Below are positions 7,278 to 15,349 of a stretch of 16,864 nt of DNA, piece by piece. The number at the start of each line of letters is the position of its first letter. The stretch's first letter is position 1. The notes under the pieces were generated by a model that worked only from the letters and a program-made list of their open reading frames with translations, searched no databases and was not told where the DNA came from. This DNA is from Pseudomonadota bacterium (GTDB lineage Bacteria > Pseudomonadota > Alphaproteobacteria > Rhodobacterales > Rhodobacteraceae). The stretch spans positions 1-16,864 of the forward strand of contig JBCDFL010000058.1 of NCBI GenBank assembly GCA_039178165.1, written 5' to 3'. A program made the translations under genes and the position numbers.

Positions 7278-9863
7278 TCAGAAGAAGATGAAGTCCACCT
7301 CGTTCAGATCGGCGAGGGAGACGTTGCGCAGCGTGATCGTATCGCTGTCGTCGGTGATCACGACATCGCTGCCGACCTGCGCCATGTGATTGGTCGTCAG
7401 GTCGGTGAAGTCGAAGATCCCGCCGACCGCGCTCAGGTCGATCCGCTCCAGATCGTTGTTCGCGTCGAAGTCGGTGATGGTGTCGTTGCCGAAATCATCG
7501 TCGAAGACGAAGGTATCGGCGTTGAAGTTGCCCGCCATCGCGTCGTCGCCGGCGCCGCCGGTGATCGTGTCGAAGCCTGCGCCGCCGAACATCGTATCGT
7601 TGCCGGTGCCGCCGGATATGTCGTCGTTTCCGGCCCCGCCAAAGGCGCGGTCATTGTCGGAGCCCCCGATGATGGTGTCGTTGCCCTGTTCGCCAAAGAG
7701 CCCGTCGGTGCCGGCGTCACCGCCCAGGAAGTCGTCCCCTGCGCCGCCGAACAGCCGGTCGAATCCGTTCCCACCCGACATCAAGTCGTCGCCGATCCCG
7801 CCAAAGAGGTTATCGGCCTGATCGCCGCCCTGCATCGTGTCATCGCCCGCGCCGCCTTCCAGCCGGTCGAAGCCGTTGTCGCCAAAGAGGATGTCGTTGC
7901 CGGCATCGCCCAGGATGCGGTCGTTCTGCCCGCCGCCCTGGATGCGGTCGTCGCCCTCCCCGCCGAACAGGCGGTCGTTCTGGAAGCCGCCCAGGATAGT
8001 GTCGTTGCCCGCGCCGCCGAAGATGTTGTCGGTGCCGACATCGCCGTCGAGGCGGTCGTTGCCCTCCCCGCCTTCGATGCTGTCGGCATTGCCGCCGCCG
8101 GAGACGAAGTCGTTGCCCGCGCCCGCCAGGATCGTATCGAATCCCGCGCCTGCGGTGATGTTGTCGTTGCCATCGCCCGCTTCGGCATAATCCTCGCCGA
8201 CGCCCAGGTTCAGCATGTCGTTGCCCCGCCCGGTGTAGACCGTGTCGTTGCCGCCGAAGCTCTCGACCGTGTCTTCTCCGCGGTCCGTGCGCACGATGTT
8301 CGCGGTGGCGGTTCCGGTCACGCCCATGGAGGCGAGGCCGGAAAACTCGAACCCCTCGATAGAGGTCAGCTGGTCAATCGGGTCGAAAATGGTCGCCGTA
8401 CGGTAGGTGCCCGCCAACATGTCGAAGAAAAACGTGTTAGCAAACTGGCTGTTGGTCGGCGCGTGCACCACGACGTCGAGGCCTGCGCCGCCGTCGATGA
8501 CCAGCGCGCCCAGCTCGATGGTGATGGTGTCGTCACCGGCGCCTGCCTGGATCGTATGGTTGCCGGTGTCCAAGATGATCTCATCGTCGCCCGCAAAAGC
8601 GCGAATGCTGTCATTGCCGGTAAAGCCCAGGATCTGCTCGGCGTCGTTTGTGCCGTCAAGCATGGTGTCGTCACCGATAGAGCCGCGGATGATCGGCAGC
8701 GGCGGACGCGCCGCTGGGTCGATATCCGCCACGACTTCGGTAACGCCATCGTCGGATACCAGAACATTGCCAGAAGCAGTAATGGCGACGTTGCGCATAT
8801 CCAGGCTCGCCAGGCTCGCAGGGTCGAACTGGGTCTGACTGATCAGCTCCAGCCCTTCGCTCCAGTGCTGAACGATGAAATCTGGGCGGCTGCCCGATTC
8901 CTCGAAGGCGAGGATGAAGCTGCCGCCATTCAGCAATTGAAGCGATGGCTGACTGCGGCCGGCGTTGGGATCGTCGTCCACGACCTGCGGTGCCATGACA
9001 ACGGTCCCGTCGGGCTGAACAACGGTCATCCAGATCCCTTGCGGACCACCGTTGACGTTCGTGTAAGCACTGAAAGCAACGACGAAATTCCCGTTGTCCA
9101 ATTGAACCATGTCGACGGGGAACGCGCCTTCGCCGAATAGGACATAGTTGAAGATGTTGGGCGGAAGCGTGATCTGGATGGGCGCCTGCAACACGTTGGC
9201 AGATGGCGACGTGGCGTTGACAGGGCCCGTAACGAACGCGATTTCCAGCGTTGCCGCCTCCATCGGGGAGGAAAAGGCGTTGCCGCCGAAGTAACGCGCG
9301 ACGGCTAAGCCGCCTGGAACCTCGACGATATCGCTAAGCGCGGCGCCATCCTGAAACGCGAAGAGACTTGCGTAGTCGAAATTGGCGTCCGATGTGACGA
9401 GCGAGAAGCTTCCGGAATGGAAGACGTTCGTGCCGTCCGACAGCACGCCAACCCGGCTGAGCAAGAAGTCACCCGTGATCTGCGGAGGACTGGTCAAAAC
9501 CGTTTCCACCGGGGCTGAAACAGCACCCGTCGCGGAGACAGTAATCGCCGCCTCGGTCAAGACGGGATCACCGGAATAGGAGTTGTTGACCGGATCGTAC
9601 GTCCCAGGCTCATCCACAAAAACCTGCAGCGAAACGGTGTTGCCGTCGATGAATAGCCCGTTCAATTCCAAGCTTGCGGACGGGAAGGTATTGGTTGTTG
9701 TCCGCTCTACGATCAGCGTTGGCGTGCCGATATCGACGCCGTTCTCATCGGTGACGCGAACGAACATTTGGATCACGTTCGTGCTCGTCGCCTGGTCGAA
9801 GACGTTGTCCTCGTAGACGGTGACGATGTTGCCGTTGGGAAGGACAAGGGGGCGAAGGGTCAT
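7278..9863 (-). CDS. Large secreted RTX-family calcium-binding protein (861 aa): N-terminal beta-rich repeat domain, central GGxGxD nonapeptide repeats, C-terminal type I secretion target domain
   Basis: About 25 consecutive GGAGNDTIxGG/GGxGxDxL nonapeptide repeats between aa ~530-775. The C-terminus GNDTITDFDANNDLERIDLSAV...TITLRNVSLADLNEVDFIFF matches the T1SS C-terminal target domain pattern I recall from alphaproteobacterial RTX proteins. There is no N-terminal Sec signal (MTLRPLVLPNGN...). SD AAGGA upstream. Confidence 0.9.
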   Translation of the reverse strand: MTLRPLVLPNGNIVTVYEDNVFDQATSTNVIQMFVRVTDENGVDIGTPTLIVERTTTNTFPSASLELNGLFIDGNTVSLQVFVDEPGTYDPVNNSYSGDPVLTEAAITVSATGAVSAPVETVLTSPPQITGDFLLSRVGVLSDGTNVFHSGSFSLVTSDANFDYASLFAFQDGAALSDIVEVPGGLAVARYFGGNAFSSPMEAATLEIAFVTGPVNATSPSANVLQAPIQITLPPNIFNYVLFGEGAFPVDMVQLDNGNFVVAFSAYTNVNGGPQGIWMTVVQPDGTVVMAPQVVDDDPNAGRSQPSLQLLNGGSFILAFEESGSRPDFIVQHWSEGLELISQTQFDPASLASLDMRNVAITASGNVLVSDDGVTEVVADIDPAARPPLPIIRGSIGDDTMLDGTNDAEQILGFTGNDSIRAFAGDDEIILDTGNHTIQAGAGDDTITIELGALVIDGGAGLDVVVHAPTNSQFANTFFFDMLAGTYRTATIFDPIDQLTSIEGFEFSGLASMGVTGTATANIVRTDRGEDTVESFGGNDTVYTGRGNDMLNLGVGEDYAEAGDGNDNITAGAGFDTILAGAGNDFVSGGGNADSIEGGEGNDRLDGDVGTDNIFGGAGNDTILGGFQNDRLFGGEGDDRIQGGGQNDRILGDAGNDILFGDNGFDRLEGGAGDDTMQGGDQADNLFGGIGDDLMSGGNGFDRLFGGAGDDFLGGDAGTDGLFGEQGNDTIIGGSDNDRAFGGAGNDDISGGTGNDTMFGGAGFDTITGGAGDDAMAGNFNADTFVFDDDFGNDTITDFDANNDLERIDLSAVGGIFDFTDLTTNHMAQVGSDVVITDDSDTITLRNVSLADLNEVDFIFF
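7538..8282 (-). repeat. RTX nonapeptide (GGxGxDxUx) repeat-coding block of gene A
   Basis: 27-bp periodic DNA encoding GG(A/N)GNDT(I/L)xGG units. The antisense frame stays open (track ORFs 7386..9140, 7837..8190) because of the repeat. Confidence 0.8.
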
Positions 9864-10001
9864 GGGAAAGTCCTTGTGGTGTCAAATTTGTGAATGTCTA
9901 CCCATACGGCGCCGTTCTGGCTAGACCCTTGGCGGCGCATGACGGCAATTGTCACGTTCTTTCAGATGTTTGGAGAGTGGGCGCGGCACAGCACCCGCGC
10001 G

Positions 10002-12605
10002 TCACACAAAGATGAAATCTGCCGCGTCGAGGTCCGCCAGCGCCACGTTATTCAGGGTGATCGTATTGCTGCCCTCGGTGATCACGACGTTGCCGCCCAC
10101 CTGCGCCATGTGATTGGCGGCGAGGTCAGCGAAGTCGGTGATGCCGGCCACGGCGCTCAGGTCAATCCGCTCGAGATCGTTTGTGGCGTCGAAGTCGGTG
10201 ATGGTGTCATTGCCGAACGCGCCGATGAAGAAAAAAGTGTCCGCGTTGAAGTTCCCGGCCATGGCGTCGTTTCCGTCCCCGCCGCCGATGGTGTCAAAAC
10301 CGGCCCCGCCGAATAGGACATCGTCGCCGTTCCCGCCCAACATCTGGTCATTGCCCGCACCGCCGAAGAACCGGTCGTTGTCTTCACCGCCGAACATGGA
10401 GTCGTCACCCTGTTCGCCGAACAGACCGTCCGTCCCGTCGTTTCCGATCAGCACATCATTGCCCGCACCGCCGAAAAGTCGGTCAAAACCCGCGCCGCCC
10501 GTCACCAGATCGTTACCGATCCCACCCAGCAGGTTGTCGGCCTGGTCCCCGCCGTTGATCGTGTCGTTGCCCGCCCCGCCTTCGATCCGGTCGAAGCCGT
10601 TGTCGCCGTTTAGAACATCGTTGCCGTCACCGCCAAAGATGCGGTCGTCTTGGCCGCCGCCCTGGATGATGTCGTTGCCAGCCTCGCCATGCAGACGGTC
10701 GTTCTGGAAGCCGCCGAGGATCGTGTCGTTGCCATTGCCGCCAAAGATATTGTCGGTGCCGACATTGCCCTCCAGCCGATCGTGGCCGCCGCCGCCTTCG
10801 ATGCTGTCGGCATTGCCGCCGCCGGTGATCGTATCGTCGCCGTCGCCGCCGAGGATCGTATCGAATCCAGCGCCGCCGTCGATGAGGTCTTGGCCCTCAC
10901 CTCCTTCGGCGTAATCTTCGCCCACGCCAAGGCGCACGACGTCGTCGCCGCGGTCGCTGAAGACGCTGTCATTGCCACCGAAGGTGGCGACCGTGTCATT
11001 GCCCAGGCTCGTCCGCGCGATATTGGCCCCCGCGGTCCCCGACACGTCGATGCTGGCGGCGGCGAAGAACGTCACCCCTTCGATCGAAGTCAGCGTGTCG
11101 ACTCCGTCGAGATTCGACGACACCGAGGCCCGGCCCGTAAACATGTCGAAGATAAACGTCTCATTGGCCGGGCGGGCGAAGCGTTCCAGAACCACGATGT
11201 CGAAACCGCCGCCCCCGTCGATGACGTGCGTGCCCAGGCCGACGGTGATCGTGTCGTCGCCAAAGCCGCCTTCGACCGTGCTGTTGCCGCTGCCCACGAT
11301 GATCTCGTCATCGCCGCCGAAGGCCCGGATGCTGTCATCGCCGCCCAGCCCTTCGATCCGGTCGGCCCCTGCCGTGCCGTCGAGGGTGGGATCGTTGCCG
11401 GGCGTCCCGCTGATCACCGGCAGCGGCGGCGTGGCGGTGATATCGAATTGACCAAGCGTCTGCCGTTGGGCCGACAGAAGGGAAATGTTGCCCTGCCCGT
11501 CGAAGAAGACATCTGCGGTGCCGTAACCGGCGGTGCCTGCGAGCGACAGGCCGGAGATTTGCACGCCGTCCGCGCTGAAATGGATGGCCAGCACGCCGGT
11601 CTGAAAGCCCTCGAACGTCATGACGAAGGTGCCGTTGTCCATCTCGTAGAGCACAGGGCGCGAGAAGCCTCGCCCCGGATCGCCATCGGCGACAGCGGGC
11701 GGCATGACGATGGTGCCGTCGGGGGCCACGATGGTCATCCAGATGCCGGAATCCGTCGGCCCGCCGTTGGTGCCGTCGACATAGCCGGAGAAGGCGACGA
11801 CGAAATTGCCATTCGGAAGCTGGATCAGGTCGGTCGGAAAAAAGCCGTTCGTCTGGATCTGGTAGCCGCGGTGATCGGTGGGCAGGTCGATAGTTATCGT
11901 GTCCGCGACAGCGAATGGAAACGTGCCGGCGGGCGGGGACGTCACCCGGTCCATCAGCACGATTTCGAGGGTGGAGGCTGTCGGGGGCTGCAGGAATTCG
12001 TTGCCGGCGACGTAGCGGACCATCGCGATGCCGCCCCCGGCGATCTCTTCGACGCTGCCCGTGGCGGCGAAATCGGCGAAGTCGGTGAAGGGGCCATAGG
12101 CCTCAATTTCGAGGTTGGCATTCACGGTGAAGGAGATACCGTTCTGCGTGTTCACCATGACGTTGGTCCCGTCTGGCAGGACGGTATTGCGGTAGGATTG
12201 GTCGATAACGAATGGCCGGTTCGGCAGACTTACGGTCGACACGGTCGACGGCACCCCATTCAGATCAATGAAAGTCGTCGTCACCTCGTAAGAGTCGAGG
12301 CGGACCCACACGTTGTTGGTATAATCAAAGATGCTCGGGACCCATTCGATGCTCTGGATCGTCAGACCGTTCGGCCCAATGTGGTACAGGCCCTCGTTCA
12401 CCCCGCCCGCCGATTGCCCAGGGATAACGACGTTCGGGCTGACATGTTCACTCAGCAAAAAGTCCCGGGTGATGACCGTTCCATCGGACGCTGTTACTCG
12501 GGCTCTGACTTGGTCGATGCTTTCATCGTTTGCCGCGTCGAACAATCTGACGGTGAAAACCGTGACAACGTTTCCGTTCGGCAATTCGATGGGGCGGAGG
12601 GTCAT
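10002..12605 (-). CDS. Paralogous large secreted RTX-family calcium-binding protein (867 aa), same architecture as 7278..9863
   Basis: Same MTLRPxELPNGNxVTV N-terminus, the same LPNGNFVVAFSGY... module, and an RTX repeat block aa ~535-780. The C-terminal GNDTITDFDATNDLERIDLSAVAGITDF...TITLNNVALADLDAADFIFV is nearly identical in pattern to gene A. Confidence 0.9.
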   Translation of the reverse strand: MTLRPIELPNGNVVTVFTVRLFDAANDESIDQVRARVTASDGTVITRDFLLSEHVSPNVVIPGQSAGGVNEGLYHIGPNGLTIQSIEWVPSIFDYTNNVWVRLDSYEVTTTFIDLNGVPSTVSTVSLPNRPFVIDQSYRNTVLPDGTNVMVNTQNGISFTVNANLEIEAYGPFTDFADFAATGSVEEIAGGGIAMVRYVAGNEFLQPPTASTLEIVLMDRVTSPPAGTFPFAVADTITIDLPTDHRGYQIQTNGFFPTDLIQLPNGNFVVAFSGYVDGTNGGPTDSGIWMTIVAPDGTIVMPPAVADGDPGRGFSRPVLYEMDNGTFVMTFEGFQTGVLAIHFSADGVQISGLSLAGTAGYGTADVFFDGQGNISLLSAQRQTLGQFDITATPPLPVISGTPGNDPTLDGTAGADRIEGLGGDDSIRAFGGDDEIIVGSGNSTVEGGFGDDTITVGLGTHVIDGGGGFDIVVLERFARPANETFIFDMFTGRASVSSNLDGVDTLTSIEGVTFFAAASIDVSGTAGANIARTSLGNDTVATFGGNDSVFSDRGDDVVRLGVGEDYAEGGEGQDLIDGGAGFDTILGGDGDDTITGGGNADSIEGGGGHDRLEGNVGTDNIFGGNGNDTILGGFQNDRLHGEAGNDIIQGGGQDDRIFGGDGNDVLNGDNGFDRIEGGAGNDTINGGDQADNLLGGIGNDLVTGGAGFDRLFGGAGNDVLIGNDGTDGLFGEQGDDSMFGGEDNDRFFGGAGNDQMLGGNGDDVLFGGAGFDTIGGGDGNDAMAGNFNADTFFFIGAFGNDTITDFDATNDLERIDLSAVAGITDFADLAANHMAQVGGNVVITEGSNTITLNNVALADLDAADFIFV
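10265..11003 (-). repeat. RTX nonapeptide repeat-coding block of gene B
   Basis: Tandem GGxGxDxUx units, as in gene A. They create the long open antisense ORF 10650..12644, which is an artefact. Confidence 0.8.
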
Positions 12606-12725
12606 GGCAAAACCTTACGAGATCAAAATTCCCGCAATGTGTAGCGGCTGGTCCGACACGTGCCTAGACGGAACGTACCGGATGACCTCATTTGTCATGT
12701 TGGCGGAGGGGTTTAGCCGGCGCCT

Positions 12726-13970
12726 CTATTCTACGTTGCGCCCCTCGGGCCCGCTCATGTCGAAGCCCAGGTGGCGGGCGACGGTGAAGATGTCCTTGTC
12801 GCCGCGCCCGCACATGTTCATGCAGATGATGTGGTCCTTGGGCAGGTCCGGCGCGATCTTCATGACGTGGGCCAGGGCGTGGGACGGCTCGAGCGCGGGG
12901 ATGATCCCCTCGGTCTGGCAGCACAGCTGGAAGGCCTCCAGCGCCTCCCTGTCGGTGATGGAGACATATTCCGCCCGCCCGATATCGTGCAGCCAGGCGT
13001 GCTCCGGTCCGATGCCCGGATAGTCAAGGCCGGCGGAAATAGAGAAACCTTCGAGGATCTGGCCGTCATCGTCTTGCAGCAGGTACGTCCGGTTGCCGTG
13101 CAGGACGCCCGGCCGCCCGCCGGTGAGGGAGGCGCAATGCTCCATCTTGGCGTTGACGCCCTTGCCGCCCGCCTCGACGCCGATGATGCCGACCTCTTTA
13201 TCGTCGAGGAAGGGGTAAAAGAGGCCCATGGCGTTGGAACCGCCACCGATTGCGGCGATGATCGTGTCGGGGAAGCGGCCTTCGGCTTGCGTCATCTGCT
13301 CGCGGACTTCCTTGCCGATGATGCTCTGGAAATCGCGGACCATGGCGGGGTACGGGTGCGGGCCTGCGACGGTGCCGATGCAGTAGAACGTGTCGCGGAC
13401 GTTAGTGACCCAGTCGCGCAGGGCGTCGTTCATGGCGTCCTTGAGCGTGCCGCGGCCCGATGTGACGGGGATCACCTCGGCGCCCAGCAGCTTCATGCGG
13501 AAGACATTAGGGGCCTGCCGTTCGACGTCGTGTGCGCCCATGTAGACAACGCATTGCAGGCCGAACTTGGCGCAGACGGTGGCGGTGGCGACGCCATGCT
13601 GGCCCGCGCCGGTTTCCGCGATGATGCGGGTCTTGCCCATGCGGCGGGCAAGGATGATCTGGCCCAGCACGTTGTTGATCTTGTGCGCGCCGGTGTGGTT
13701 CAGCTCGTCCCGTTTCATGTAGATCTTCGCGCCGCCGAGGTGGTCGGTCAGGCGCTCCGCGAAGTAGAGGGGGCTGGGCCGGCCCACGTAGTGGGTCCAG
13801 AGGTCATGCATCTCTGCCCAGAAGCTGTCGTCGGTTTTGGCGCGTTCGTATTCTGCCTCGAGGCTCAGGATCAGTGGCATGAGGGTTTCGGAGACGAAAC
13901 GGCCCCCGAATTTGCCGAAGCGGCCCTTGTCGTCCGGGCCGGTCATGAAGGAATTGAAAAGGTCGTTCAT
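12726..13970 (-). CDS. trpB: Tryptophan synthase beta subunit
   Basis: [32 protein letters not shown]...HTGAHKINN...[14 protein letters not shown]... is classical TrpB, including the PLP-lysine region. The start moves from the track's 14054 to ATG 13970, which begins the conserved MNDLFNSF and follows SD AAGGGAG. Confidence 0.9.
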   Translation of the reverse strand: MNDLFNSFMTGPDDKGRFGKFGGRFVSETLMPLILSLEAEYERAKTDDSFWAEMHDLWTHYVGRPSPLYFAERLTDHLGGAKIYMKRDELNHTGAHKINNVLGQIILARRMGKTRIIAETGAGQHGVATATVCAKFGLQCVVYMGAHDVERQAPNVFRMKLLGAEVIPVTSGRGTLKDAMNDALRDWVTNVRDTFYCIGTVAGPHPYPAMVRDFQSIIGKEVREQMTQAEGRFPDTIIAAIGGGSNAMGLFYPFLDDKEVGIIGVEAGGKGVNAKMEHCASLTGGRPGVLHGNRTYLLQDDDGQILEGFSISAGLDYPGIGPEHAWLHDIGRAEYVSITDREALEAFQLCCQTEGIIPALEPSHALAHVMKIAPDLPKDHIICMNMCGRGDKDIFTVARHLGFDMSGPEGRNVE

Positions 13971-14025
13971 CGCGCGCACTCCCTTGGCTGAGGGATTGTG
14001 TAGCGGGGCGTGCGGAGGGGGTAAA

Positions 14026-14096
14026 GCGATCCTTGAAGGATCGCCCTGCGTCAATCCTTCAAGGATTGAGCCCCGTCAATTCTTGCAAGATTTGAC
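14026..14096. promoter_or_regulatory. Array of three adjacent palindromes (GCGATCCTT-g-AAGGATCGC; TCAATCCTT-c-AAGGATTGA; GTCAAtTCTTGCAAGAtTTGAC) upstream of trpB
   Basis: Read directly. The first two are 9-bp perfect arms sharing the core ATCCTTsAAGGAT. The third has the perfect core TCTTGCAAGA inside imperfect GTCAA/TTGAC arms. The array lies between the stop of the 14096..14347 ORF and the trpB RBS. Confidence 0.4.
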
Positions 14097-14347
14097 TATT
14101 CCAGCACCCGGATCGGCGCGCGGTTGCAGAAGATCACGAAGGTGCCATTATTCTCCACCGCGCGGTAGCCGCGTTTGCGCAATTCCTCGCGAAAGAGCGA
14201 TCGTCCCACAAGCCGTTCCACGTCCCGCACCTTGCGCCGGACAACGCCGCCACCCAGGGCGGATTTGGAGCTGAAAATCTGGTCGAGCCAATCTTCGGGG
14301 GCGAGGTCTGTGGGCAATTCCTGCATGCGGGCAGACTGCCCCTGCAC
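14096..14347 (-). CDS. Small hypothetical protein (76-83 aa) between trpF and trpB
   Basis: ORF with GTG start at 14347, or ATG at 14326 (MQELPTDLAPEDWLDQ...NGTFVIFCNRAPIRVLE). Codon usage is GC3-biased like its neighbours, and it lies 15 bp after the trpF stop on the same strand. I do not recognise the family. Confidence 0.5.
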   Translation of the reverse strand: MQGQSARMQELPTDLAPEDWLDQIFSSKSALGGGVVRRKVRDVERLVGRSLFREELRKRGYRAVENNGTFVIFCNRAPIRVLE

Positions 14348-14361
14348 TGGTTAACAGGCCG

Positions 14362-14994
14362 TTACACAGCGTGCAGAAACGCCTGGATCAGCCCCGCGTC
14401 CTTCACCCCCGGTGCACGCTCCACGCCCGAACTGACGTCGAGCGCGGGCGCACCCGTCACGCGCACCGCTTCGGCTGCGTTGTCCGGTGTCAGCCCCCCG
14501 GCCAGCATCCAGGGCACCGGCCACCGGCGGCCCGTGATCAAGCGCCAGTCGAAGGACAACCCATTGCCGCCCGGCAGGTCGCCCCCAGCGGGCGGTTTGG
14601 CATCGACCAGAAGCTGATCAGCGACACGGGCATAGGCGTCGAGCTTGGGCAGATCGTCCGGCCCCGCGACGCCCACCGCCTTCATCACGGGCAGGCCAGT
14701 GCGGGCTTTGACCTCGGCGGTCCGCTCGTGCGTCTCCGCGCCATGAAGCTGCAGCATGTCCAGCGGCACCTCAGCCATCAGCCGGTCCAGAAAAGCGTCG
14801 TCCGGGTTCACGACAAGGCCCACCTTCACGACACCCGGCGGCACCTGCACCGCGAGCGCCGCGGCCCGGTCAAGGGTCACGTTGCGCGGTGATTTGTCGA
14901 AGAACACGAAGCCGACATACGCCGCGCCGGCATCTACCGCCGCGCGCAGGGTTTCAGGCTCAGACAGGCCGCAAATTTTGACAGAGGTGGGCAG
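14362..14994 (-). CDS. trpF: N-(5'-phosphoribosyl)anthranilate isomerase; no canonical start codon precedes the conserved N-terminus, so I assume CTG at 14994
   Basis: The track ORF starts at internal GTG 14907 ([10 protein letters not shown]...). In the same frame upstream, [32 protein letters not shown] is the conserved TrpF N-terminus (VKICGL...GxVF). There is no ATG/GTG/TTG between the in-frame stop (15058-15060) and 14907. The CTG at 14992-14994 lies 5 nt after the upstream gene's TGA. Confidence 0.75.
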   Translation of the reverse strand: MPTSVKICGLSEPETLRAAVDAGAAYVGFVFFDKSPRNVTLDRAAALAVQVPPGVVKVGLVVNPDDAFLDRLMAEVPLDMLQLHGAETHERTAEVKARTGLPVMKAVGVAGPDDLPKLDAYARVADQLLVDAKPPAGGDLPGGNGLSFDWRLITGRRWPVPWMLAGGLTPDNAAEAVRVTGAPALDVSSGVERAPGVKDAGLIQAFLHAV

Positions 14995-14998
14995 TGGC

Positions 14999-15349
14999 TC
15001 AGCCCGCGTCGTCCAGCAAGGCCAGAACTTCGTCCTGACCTTTGTGCTTTTCGCCCTTCAAGCGCGCGATCTCACGCTCCAGGCGGCGCACCTCGCGCGT
15101 CGCGCGGCCCGCATCGCGGCGGATCGAATACTCGCGCAGCCATTCGCCGACGATCCCGGCGGCCAGTCCGACGATGATGCCGGCGAAGATGACCAAGAAC
15201 AGCGGCATATCGATGGACGGATTGACGGCAAACAGGTCCTCGGCAAAGCGCGGCAGGACCTTCAGCGTCACGACTTCGCGGTTTGCCAGGGCGACGACGA
15301 TCAGGGCCACCGCGAAGATCGCGATGCAGATGTAACGAATGTAGCGCAT
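14999..15349 (-). CDS. LapA/DUF1049-like small inner-membrane protein
   Basis: 116 aa with two TM helices ([17 protein letters not shown]; [19 protein letters not shown]) and a charged coiled C-terminus ([17 protein letters not shown]). Its position immediately downstream of ihfB, overlapping ihfB's stop as ATGA, matches the conserved ihfB-lapA arrangement in alphaproteobacteria. Confidence 0.75.
   Translation of the reverse strand: MRYIRYICIAIFAVALIVVALANREVVTLKVLPRFAEDLFAVNPSIDMPLFLVIFAGIIVGLAAGIVGEWLREYSIRRDAGRATREVRRLEREIARLKGEKHKGQDEVLALLDDAG

Noticed and set aside
9864-10001. Hairpin GCGCGG-cacagcac-CCGCGC just downstream of the RTX-B stop as a terminator
   Set aside because: The stem is present, but on the transcribed (minus) strand it is not followed by a U-run. 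At best it is a weak, Rho-assisted or partial terminator, so I have not listed it as a feature.
7538-11003. Short-period tandem DNA repeats that could be mistaken for a CRISPR array or VNTR
   Set aside because: The 27-bp periodicity is in frame and encodes the GGxGxDxUx calcium-binding nonapeptide. The units are degenerate at DNA level and lie inside long ORFs with a T1SS signal. There are no unique spacers and no repeats of CRISPR length.
7386-12644. Plus-strand ORFs 7386..9140 (584 aa) and 10650..12644 (664 aa), and shorter ones, antisense to the RTX genes
   Set aside because: They are kept open by the 27-bp nonapeptide repeat periodicity and consist of VVA/AAGD-type low-complexity strings. 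There is no start context and no family resemblance.
13971-14054. N-terminal 28-aa extension of trpB in the ORF track ([28 protein letters not shown])
   Set aside because: The conserved TrpB N-terminus [13 protein letters not shown] starts at ATG 13970 with an AAGGGAG SD, and the extension has no RBS. The same logic trims ihfB (15634..15825) to ATG 15633.
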